Assembly: GCA_020725385.1 (NCBI GenBank)
Contig: DYFC01000006.1
Span: 3,737-67,736, forward strand
Source: Nitrospira japonica
Lineage (GTDB): Bacteria; Nitrospirota; Thermodesulfovibrionia; Thermodesulfovibrionales; SM23-35
Length of the DNA stretch: 64,000 nucleotides
Direction: 5' to 3'
Of this stretch, positions 57,262 to 64,000 are shown in pieces. Under the pieces are notes generated by a model. It saw only the letters and a program-made list of their open reading frames with translations, did no database searches and was not told the origin of the DNA. The stretch's first letter is position 1. Every line of letters begins with the position of its first letter. A program made the translations under genes and the position numbers.

Positions 57262-57662
57262 TGTACTAAAGTTTTTATATCAAAAATCGGAGGGTTCATT
57301 ATGGTCTTTTTCACAGCGCATTGATCTGCTACTTTAATTATTGCATCATGGTATTTTACCGGAAAATCTGGTGGTAAGATTATTTCAATAATAATTTTTT
57401 CAAGGAATTCTTTCCCATCAGGTTTTTTAGCGTATTGAAGTCTTTGAAACAAGGTTATGTTTTCAGTTGGGATACCTCTTTTCTGACAGAAACTTAGAAC
57501 ATAAAATCCAGCGCAGGTGCCAATTGACGCCATAAAATAATCATAAGGTGATGGAGATGTTCCTTCCCCGCCGTCTTTTACAGGCTGATCAGTCTCAACA
57601 GAAAATCCATTCCATTCTGCTTTAACTCTTTTTCCGCCAGGCAAAGTAATTTTTAGTTCCAT
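57258..57662 (-). CDS. OsmC-family protein
   Basis: OsmC-like sequence with the conserved Cys pair. Start moved to the ATG at 57662, 8 nt after an AAGGAG SD; the ORF-track start at 57698 overlaps sirC. Confidence 0.7.
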   Translation of the reverse strand: MELKITLPGGKRVKAEWNGFSVETDQPVKDGGEGTSPSPYDYFMASIGTCAGFYVLSFCQKRGIPTENITLFQRLQYAKKPDGKEFLEKIIIEIILPPDFPVKYHDAIIKVADQCAVKKTIMNPPIFDIKTLVQ

Positions 57663-57675
57663 ATTATGCTCCTTC

Positions 57676-58350
57676 TTATCTATTATCGCAATATTCATTA
57701 AATTTATTTTTCAGAACATTAATAGTTGTTTTACATCCTTTGTCTCTTAATAGGCTCAAAATAGTCTTAGAACCAGCATATTTCAGGAATTCAGTTCTCT
57801 TTTTATTGTCATGAATATGTCTAATTGCTTTTCCTCTTATGAATTGGAGCGATTTTAAAAATTGTTCAAATTCTTTTTTATAATGCCCTTCTATTTCCTT
57901 CCTGATTGTTCGTGACATCGCAGGGCTAATGCCACTTGTGGAAATAGCTATAGTAAGATGTCCCCTTTTAACAACAGATGGTACTATGAAATTACATAGT
58001 TCAGGAGTATCTACAACATTTACAAGACATTTTGCCTCTCTTGCAATCTGTTCATTAACTTCTCTTTCATTAGTAGCAGCTATGACAAGAAAATAATTTT
58101 TCAAATCACCTTTTTTATATTCCCGGTTAATATGCATTATTTTCCCTTCAGATGCTTTTTTCTCAAGTCTTTTAGTAATTAGGGGACTGATAACTGTCAC
58201 ATCAGCTTCTGCTTTGAGTAATGAAAGAACTTTTCTTTCAGCAATTTTTCCACCACCGATAACAACTGTTTTCTTATTTCTCAGATTTATAAACGCAGGA
58301 TAATAGACAGGGTATTTTTCAGTCTTCTGATATTTTTTTAAATAATTCAC
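57676..58350 (-). CDS. Precorrin-2 dehydrogenase / sirohydrochlorin ferrochelatase (SirC / CysG-N-like)
   Basis: Rossmann VVIGGGKIAERK; ~220 aa, the siroheme synthase N-domain layout. Confidence 0.75.
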   Translation of the reverse strand: MNYLKKYQKTEKYPVYYPAFINLRNKKTVVIGGGKIAERKVLSLLKAEADVTVISPLITKRLEKKASEGKIMHINREYKKGDLKNYFLVIAATNEREVNEQIAREAKCLVNVVDTPELCNFIVPSVVKRGHLTIAISTSGISPAMSRTIRKEIEGHYKKEFEQFLKSLQFIRGKAIRHIHDNKKRTEFLKYAGSKTILSLLRDKGCKTTINVLKNKFNEYCDNR

Positions 58351-59129
58351 TTCTTAAGTTTTGAGATTTCTTTCTGGGCATCCTTTGCCAGTTTATTATT
58401 TGGATATTTCTCGGTAAGAAGAGAGAAAATTGTTTGCGCCTTTTCATTTTGCTTTAGTTCTTTATATGATAAGCCGGTGAGAAAAAGCACCTTTGCTTCA
58501 TCTTTATAATCAGGAAAATTTTTAAGCAAACCTTCAAATCTTCTAATCGCTGCATTGTACGATCCCTTCTTAAAATAGAATTCTCCGACAAGGAATTCAT
58601 AATCAGCAATAATATTACGGCACTTTTGTATTTTCAATTCAACTTCTTCTTTATAAGGGTTGCGCGGATATGTCTTCTTGAGTTTTTCAAATTCTTCAAG
58701 AGCCTTTGCTGCTCCACTATAACCTCTTTCCGGTCCTTCAATCTGGTTAAAATATATCATTCCTATCTGGTATTGAGCATATGACGCATACTGATGATCA
58801 GGATAGTTCTCAATAAATTTCTGGTATTCTGATATTGCCATTTCAGGAGAGTCTTCTTTAACATAAGAATCTGCTATTTTAAGTTGCGCAAGTGGAGCAT
58901 ACTTTCTTGAAAAATCCCTGTTTTTTACTTCAAGAAAAGCAGCACGAGCTTCGTCATAATTCTTTTTCTCGAGTTGCTCGTTTGCTGAAGCAAAAACCTT
59001 TTCAGCATCAAAACTCTCTGTTGGCTTTAATTTGGATTTGCCCGAACATGAAAACAGAATTATACAAAAGCTCAATATTAAGAGTATCTTTACTTTTGAA
59101 GCAAAAGAATTTATAAGTACTTTTCTCAT
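58347..59129 (-). CDS. bamD: Outer-membrane assembly lipoprotein BamD (YfiO)
   Basis: Lipobox LFSCSG, TPR repeats, typical length. Confidence 0.75.
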   Translation of the reverse strand: MRKVLINSFASKVKILLILSFCIILFSCSGKSKLKPTESFDAEKVFASANEQLEKKNYDEARAAFLEVKNRDFSRKYAPLAQLKIADSYVKEDSPEMAISEYQKFIENYPDHQYASYAQYQIGMIYFNQIEGPERGYSGAAKALEEFEKLKKTYPRNPYKEEVELKIQKCRNIIADYEFLVGEFYFKKGSYNAAIRRFEGLLKNFPDYKDEAKVLFLTGLSYKELKQNEKAQTIFSLLTEKYPNNKLAKDAQKEISKLKK

Positions 59130-59185
59130 GTCAGATATTATAGCATAGTATATGACTAAAGTTATAATAAGAAAACATGCAAAAA

Positions 59186-59209
59186 AGCAAAAGGGCAGAG
59201 AGCAAAAAA
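59186..59209. repeat. Purine-rich dispersed motif, copy 3 (AGCAAAAGGGCAGAGAGCAAAAAA)
   Basis: See copies at 20371 and 49359. Confidence 0.45.
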
Positions 59210-59245
59210 CCTAATCGGGTTAACGATAATAGATAATAAAATAGG

Positions 59246-59698
59246 TCAACTTTTCAAATCAGATGTACAGTTAGGGCATCTTACCGCTTTAATTGGAATT
59301 ACAGAAAAGCAATAAGAGCATTCTTTTGTTGTTTGAACAGGTGGAGGAGCCTCCTGTTTTCTTCGCATTGCGTTTATATTTTTAATGATTAAAAAAACTG
59401 AAAAGGCAACGATTAAGAAACTTATTATAGAATTAATAAATTTGCCATAATTCAAAGTTACTGCACCGGCAGCATTTGCAGAAGCCAAAGTCTCATAAGG
59501 GGCAGGCGTTTTACCTTCTTTCAAAATAATATACAGGTTTGAAAAATCCACATTCCCGAGCAAGATTCCTATTGGAGGCATAATTATATCTGTTACAAAC
59601 GAATTTACTATAGCGCCGAAAGAAGCTCCGATTATTATACCGACAGCCATATCCACCACATTCCCTTTCATTGCAAATTCTTTGAATTCTTTAAACAT
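59246..59698 (-). CDS. mscL: Large-conductance mechanosensitive channel with C-terminal CxxC...CxxC zinc-ribbon tail
   Basis: [44 protein letters not shown] is the MscL TM1 signature. The ATG at 59698 follows a GGGGGA SD. Tail: [22 protein letters not shown]. Confidence 0.85.
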   Translation of the reverse strand: MFKEFKEFAMKGNVVDMAVGIIIGASFGAIVNSFVTDIIMPPIGILLGNVDFSNLYIILKEGKTPAPYETLASANAAGAVTLNYGKFINSIISFLIVAFSVFLIIKNINAMRRKQEAPPPVQTTKECSYCFSVIPIKAVRCPNCTSDLKS

Positions 59699-59943
59699 AA
59701 TGCTTCCCCCTTTTGTTTTATTTTCAATACTTTTATCACACTTGTTTATTGATGTCAAATTCATTTTATAATTTAAATCACATGTTTCTTTAAAATAAGC
59801 AAGGGTTCTGGTATTATTTTTAATTATAAGTTCGTATAAATGCTTTTTAATAATTCTAATCCTGAAACAGTGAGGACCATACATAATAGGAGACTTCTCA
59901 TTTAGAATTCTAAAAATCTGAAGAAAGGAATCAATTGAAAGAT

Positions 59944-60648
59944 ATGTCTTTAGAAAAATTAAAAGCTGACCTCTTGAAAGTAGCAAATACTGAAAAAGCA
60001 AAAATACTTTCGAAATTCTTCAAAACAGGGAAAGGTGAATATGCTGATGGTGACAAATTTCTTGGAATTACGGTGCCAGTCCAAAGAAAAATTGCCAGGA
60101 AATATCTTAACCTATCCTTATCTGATATAAAAACCCTACTTTCTTCAAAATACCATGAGCATAGATTTACGGGTTTGATAATACTTTGTTCACAGTATAA
60201 AAAATCAGCGCAAAATGAAAAAGAAAAGATTTTTCATTTCTATCTTGAAAACTTAACGTATGTTAACAATTGGGATCTTGTAGATATTTCTGCTCCTGCT
60301 ATTATAGGAGATTATCTTCTCGGTAAAGAATGCGCGATTCTTTATAAGCTTGCTTCTTCAGAATCTTTATGGGAAAGAAGAATAGCTATTTTATCAACAT
60401 TTACTTTTATTAAAAATAATCAATTTGATGACACATTTCGAATTGCTGAGATTCTTTTAAAAGATAAAAATGATTTAATTCACAAAGCAGTTGGTTGGAT
60501 GTTGCGCGAAATCGGCAAGAGAAATAAAGAAATAGAAGAGCAATTTCTCAAAGAGCATTATCAGCACATGCCTCGCACAATGCTCAGATATGCCATAGAA
60601 AAATTCAGCGAAAAAGAACGTAAAGAATATCTAAACAAAACTAATTGA
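59944..60648 (+). CDS. DNA alkylation repair protein (AlkD-like HEAT-repeat family)
   Basis: [11 protein letters not shown] and [13 protein letters not shown] motifs. The ORF-track start at 59935 is a TTG; the ATG at 59944 is preferred. Confidence 0.75.
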   Translation: MSLEKLKADLLKVANTEKAKILSKFFKTGKGEYADGDKFLGITVPVQRKIARKYLNLSLSDIKTLLSSKYHEHRFTGLIILCSQYKKSAQNEKEKIFHFYLENLTYVNNWDLVDISAPAIIGDYLLGKECAILYKLASSESLWERRIAILSTFTFIKNNQFDDTFRIAEILLKDKNDLIHKAVGWMLREIGKRNKEIEEQFLKEHYQHMPRTMLRYAIEKFSEKERKEYLNKTN

Positions 60649-60940
60649 ATTATATATTCTGAACTATGTTCTGAAATGATTTTAGGACATGAGTTTTAAT
60701 GCAAAAGCATTATTTACCTCCTTTTAATTCAATAGTATCCGGTCATTAACAGAAATTTAATCTACCCAACATATTCTTTTAATATTTGCCTGCTAATGTA
60801 TTTCTTGATTGTATCGTACTTCCATACTCATGGAAACGGCATCTAAAGAAGTGCTTTAAACTTCTGCCGGAAAGGAGGTGAGCAGGGGAGAGTCCTGGAA
60901 GTTGCATAATTATATTGAAAAAGACAAAGGAGAAAGATAG

Positions 60941-62602
60941 ATGAAAAACAAGTCTAGTAATACCAGAATTATTTCAATTCTTACAATTGCCTGTACTCTA
61001 ATAATTTTATGTAATTTCGTATTTCCAAATTATGTAATTGCAAAGGTATCTGGAAATACTAAGAAAAATGGCAAATGGATGTCAGGTGATTTCCATCAGC
61101 ATACTACATACACAGACGGATCAAATCCAATCGCTACGGTTATGCACAAGAACTACGAACTCGGGCTCGATTGGTGGGCTAACTCTGAACATGGAGGCGG
61201 TTTTACAAGAGATGCATATGGACCCATTCTATTTGATGGCTTTGATACAGGTGAATATGCCCGTTTCTGGGATGATACATCTGTATATCCTTCTGGAACA
61301 ATTATCGGTGACCTGTCAATGAGTGGTGGTCACAGGAAAATGTGGCGCTGGCAGTCCATACGTGATTATTCGTTTCAAGACATTCTCTCAGCAAGACTTA
61401 CATATCCAGACAAAATTATTATCCAGGGACTCGAATGGAATATGCCCGGACATGAACATTGTAGCACAGCCATAATCTTAAATCAGTTCAATTCCAATCC
61501 TGACAGCAATGCTATCGCTGAATTTGAGTATAAATTCGATAATAGCGATACAGACAAAACCGGAGGAGCAGCGCAGGGCTGGGTAAAAAGCCTGCTCTCA
61601 GGACATGCAAAGGCAGTCGAAGCTGCCAAGTGGATGCAGGAGAATTTCCATCTTTCAAACTGGATGATTCCAGCCCATCCAGAGCGCAGAAGTACCTATC
61701 GTATAGAACATTTTCGAGACTTGAATAATGCAGCCCCAGATGTTGCATTCGGTTTTGAGAGTGTTCCGGGTCACCAGAAAGAATCAGACAGAGGTAGTTA
61801 TGGTATTGGCGCTGTTGGCAAAGGTACCTATGGTGGTGCGGGTATCTATGTAGCAAAGATCGGTGGTGTATGGGATGCTCTTCTTGGTGAGGGCAGAAAA
61901 TGGTGGCTCTTTGCAAGCTCTGATTTTCACAACACAGAAGATGATTTCTGGCCGGGAGAATATACAAAAACATGGACATATGTATTAGATGAAAATAACG
62001 ACGGAGATTTCTCCGCCCGGGAAATTCTTGATGCACTCCGGTCAGGCAACTCATTTGTAGTGCACGGCGACCTTATTAATGCCCTTGATTTCAACCTGCA
62101 GTATAAAAATAATTTTGCATATATGGGGCAGGAACTTACAATGGATAAAGGAGGACATCTCAAGATAAAAATACGTTTTAAGAGCCCGAAGGTTAACAAT
62201 AATGGCGATCCTGTAATGGTTGATCATATACAGTTGATCAGTGGCGAAGTAAATGGAAAGATAGAGCCTTCAAGTCCTTATTATACTGACGATAAGAATA
62301 CAAGCTCAAAAATTGAAGCCACATTTAACGCAAAAAATTGGGAAGTCGATGAAGATGGCTGGTACACCATTGTATATCACATCAAAGATATACAGAAAAA
62401 CATGTACTACAGGATTAGGGGCACAAATCTTGCTCCAGGCACCCACTGTGAAACTGATGCTGAAGGCAATCCCTTAATTGACCGTTTTGATGAAATATTA
62501 AATCCCGGATGCGAAATTTATTTCAAGAATCATGACAAAGCAGAAGAGGCATGGTCAGACCTCTGGTTCTATTCTAATCCAATTTTTGTGAGGGTAAAGT
62601 AA
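60941..62602 (+). CDS. Secreted PHP-domain-like metallophosphoesterase, 553 aa
   Basis: Signal peptide/TM; GDFHQHTTYTDGS (PHP HxH motif), NSEHGG, GHEHC, PAHPER. Higher GC than its surroundings. Confidence 0.6.
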   Translation: MKNKSSNTRIISILTIACTLIILCNFVFPNYVIAKVSGNTKKNGKWMSGDFHQHTTYTDGSNPIATVMHKNYELGLDWWANSEHGGGFTRDAYGPILFDGFDTGEYARFWDDTSVYPSGTIIGDLSMSGGHRKMWRWQSIRDYSFQDILSARLTYPDKIIIQGLEWNMPGHEHCSTAIILNQFNSNPDSNAIAEFEYKFDNSDTDKTGGAAQGWVKSLLSGHAKAVEAAKWMQENFHLSNWMIPAHPERRSTYRIEHFRDLNNAAPDVAFGFESVPGHQKESDRGSYGIGAVGKGTYGGAGIYVAKIGGVWDALLGEGRKWWLFASSDFHNTEDDFWPGEYTKTWTYVLDENNDGDFSAREILDALRSGNSFVVHGDLINALDFNLQYKNNFAYMGQELTMDKGGHLKIKIRFKSPKVNNNGDPVMVDHIQLISGEVNGKIEPSSPYYTDDKNTSSKIEATFNAKNWEVDEDGWYTIVYHIKDIQKNMYYRIRGTNLAPGTHCETDAEGNPLIDRFDEILNPGCEIYFKNHDKAEEAWSDLWFYSNPIFVRVK

Positions 62603-62611
62603 GATTATGTG

Positions 62612-62644
62612 AAAAGCGAAGGATATAATTTATCCTTCGCTTTT
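62612..62644 (+). terminator. Rho-independent terminator
   Basis: Perfect 14-bp stem AAAAGCGAAGGATA / TATCCTTCGCTTTT with a 5-nt loop. The 3' arm ends in TTTT. It lies 10 nt after the stop at 62602. Confidence 0.8.
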
Positions 62645-62747
62645 ACATTCTTCACTAACGGGCTGTCTCTATATTAAATCTTAACTTCTCCTTCATCATT
62701 TTGTAACAATTCTATTGTAAAATTTCTATAAAGAAAGGAGCGAAAAT

Positions 62748-62954
62748 ATGGAGACAATAATGGCAAATATGAAAAACAATGTAATAATGACTATATTTAC
62801 CAACTGCCCATACAGCGGCAAAACAATATGTAAGGCTTCATTATCATCATTGATTATTGACAGAAACACAAGGAAAGACTATTGCACCAGTGAAAACTTT
62901 GATGACTGTCCTATATTTTTATCAAAAATACTAAGAGGGAGCGGAAGAGTATGA
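62748..62954 (+). CDS. Small Cys-motif protein (68 aa), paralogue A
   Basis: SD AAGGAG. NCPYSGKTICKASLSSLIIDRNTRKDYCTSENFDDCPIF. Confidence 0.5.
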   Translation: METIMANMKNNVIMTIFTNCPYSGKTICKASLSSLIIDRNTRKDYCTSENFDDCPIFLSKILRGSGRV

Positions 62955-63202
62955 ACCTGTCTCGAAATTTCATCATTTGCCCTTACCTGAGCGGTAGCGA
63001 TGAAGGATTAATTTGTCATGCATGCTCTTCGCATATCAGAAATATAAGTGACATTGATCTTGACATATGTTTAAGTAAGCATTACGAATTATGTTATATA
63101 TATTTTACTGTCTTACAGGACATTATTGAATCTGAAATAATAGGTTTCCAAATTCAAAATATTCAGGCAGGGCAGACATCTATGCCTTTACTTATGAAGT
63201 AA
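62951..63202 (+). CDS. Small Cys-motif protein (83 aa), paralogue B
   Basis: ATGA overlap with paralogue A. ICPYLSGSDEGLICHACSSHIRNISDIDLDICLSKHYELCYIYF aligns with A (CPY..SG..IC.A.SS.I....D.C.S..[FY][DE].C.I[FY]). Confidence 0.5.
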   Translation: MNLSRNFIICPYLSGSDEGLICHACSSHIRNISDIDLDICLSKHYELCYIYFTVLQDIIESEIIGFQIQNIQAGQTSMPLLMK

Positions 63203-63318
63203 TCTATTTTTCAAAATTAAGAAACTTATTTTAAAGTACGTTTTGGGATTCTGTAGAAAACATTAAAAATCAATAAAATCACTTAGGAAACCTTATAATT
63301 ATCAGGAAATTTATTAGA

Positions 63319-63807
63319 TTATTCAGGAACCCATTCAGAAACAGTTTGAAATCGTGTTACATGAATACACCTGGTAATCTTTACCAATATAAGTCTTGTT
63401 TCAGGAGAATGAACAAATTCATTGAGCTCAGGATGTTTCTTTATGAGTATTTCAGCAAACTCTGTCCATTTTTTCCCCTTTTTCAAAGGCATGGCATTCC
63501 CTAAAATAGTTATAGATTCAGCAGCCATATAATCTTTTTTTGTATTCGACCGTGTATCAATTAGAAGGGAAACGCGAGGGTTCTTAATAATATTTTTATA
63601 CTTCTGTGTCCTTCCCGGTGTAGAAAATATAATTCTTTTCCCTTCAGGGGAAAGTGCAAAAGCAACTATCGAAGTGTAAGGTTGGCTATTTGATTCAGTT
63701 GCAAGGACAGCATGAAGTTGCTCTTTATTTAAAGCCTTTAACCTCTCAAGTACCGGTGTATCACCTTTTATTACTCTATTAGGTATTGATTCCTCTGATT
63801 TCTTCAA
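63319..63807 (-). CDS. Pyridoxamine 5'-phosphate oxidase-family (FMN-binding split-barrel) protein
   Basis: LATESNSQPYTSIVAFALSPEGKRIIFSTPGRTQKYKNIIKNPRVSLLID, typical of the family. Confidence 0.7.
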   Translation of the reverse strand: MKKSEESIPNRVIKGDTPVLERLKALNKEQLHAVLATESNSQPYTSIVAFALSPEGKRIIFSTPGRTQKYKNIIKNPRVSLLIDTRSNTKKDYMAAESITILGNAMPLKKGKKWTEFAEILIKKHPELNEFVHSPETRLILVKITRCIHVTRFQTVSEWVPE

Positions 63808-63841
63808 ATTCCACCTGATATGAAAGTTTGATAATAGTATA

Positions 63842-64000
63842 TCAGAATTTAATTCCTAAATCAGGCAATATTGTTGAAATTACTCTTATTTTGTCTGCAA
63901 GAAGCAATACGCCAAATATTATAAGCACAAGACCGCTTATTATATTGATTGCACGCATGTATTTAAAAATCTTCGGAGAATGCGCAAGATAGACATTAAT
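63842..64000 (-). CDS. CcdA/DsbD-type cytochrome c biogenesis membrane protein, C-terminal fragment (5' end outside the window)
   Basis: Hand translation in frame with the window edge: INVYLAHSPKIFKYMRAINIISGLVLIIFGVLLLADKIRVISTILPDLGIKF, stop at 63842-63844. R.I..ISG..LI..G.LLL is the usual CcdA C-terminus. Confidence 0.55.
   Translation of the reverse strand: MNVYLAHSPKIFKYMRAINIISGLVLIIFGVLLLADKIRVISTILPDLGIKF

Noticed and set aside
59699-60001. N-terminal 101 codons of the ORF-track mscL ORF
   Set aside because: A strong GGGGGA SD and the canonical MscL N-terminus begin at Met102. The extension crosses the divergent alkD-like start region.
60895-60906. CTGGAAGTTGCA resembling a -24/-12 promoter upstream of the PHP-like gene
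   Set aside because: The TGG and TTGC elements are only 4 nt apart instead of the required spacing.
60660-60940. 280-bp leader upstream of the PHP-like gene, with small hairpins (e.g. AGAAGT-loop-ACTTCT)
   Set aside because: I looked for known riboswitch cores (TPP, cobalamin, c-di-GMP, SAM) and recognised none. The structure is too weak to call.
61038-62199. One same-strand alternative-frame ORF (94 aa) and two antisense ORFs (180 and 90 aa) within the PHP-like gene
   Set aside because: They have no motifs and His/Arg/Leu-rich composition. The PHP frame has a signal peptide, an SD and catalytic motifs.

Overview
A low-GC chromosomal segment, roughly one-third G+C by eye. It comes from an anaerobic diderm bacterium: BamD, LpxK, Mla and an AMIN-amidase are present, along with rubredoxin, a tungsten-type AOR, a ferredoxin and a multihaem cytochrome. 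The taxon cannot be fixed from sequence alone; the gene content is reminiscent of Nitrospirota/Thermodesulfovibrio-like or deltaproteobacterial lineages (inference only). I can support about 70 protein genes, 2 tRNAs (Gly-GCC, Cys-GCA) and 2 decayed gene fragments. I found no rRNA, CRISPR array, transposase, integrase or phage genes. Three CDSs missing from the ORF track were recovered by hand: a 3'-truncated FtsX permease at the left edge, a 53-aa rubredoxin and a 52-aa Cys-rich mini-protein. A CcdA-like fragment at the right edge was also recovered. The backbone is housekeeping: hisI, trpEGD, lpxK, ftsH, rph, murI, bamD, mscL, prmA, mlaFED. The window is also very rich in signalling genes: 4 histidine kinases, 2 sigma-54 activators, 2 orphan receivers and 2 degenerate GGDEF domains. 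The best candidates for undescribed biology are listed here. (1) A kaiC-kaiB pair translationally coupled to a PAS / degenerate-GGDEF / intact-EAL protein, i.e. a possible Kai-timer-to-c-di-GMP output. (2) A GAF kinase plus sigma-54 activator, followed by tandem palindromes and a near-consensus -24/-12 promoter. This promoter drives two lone receivers, a 618-aa all-HEAT protein and a four-helix-bundle protein. (3) A tRNA-adjacent block of unknown genes: a 610-aa orphan, a wHTH plus PD-(D/E)xK-like protein, and a coupled 4-Cys mini-protein. (4) Domain fusions: MlaF fused to a GGDEF-like domain, and an HdrD/GlpC-like Fe-S/CCG module fused to a TVP38/DedA membrane domain. (5) A GC-rich P3A-type H+-ATPase islet flanked by gene debris. 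All functional calls rest on motif recognition in the supplied translations; no database search was possible.
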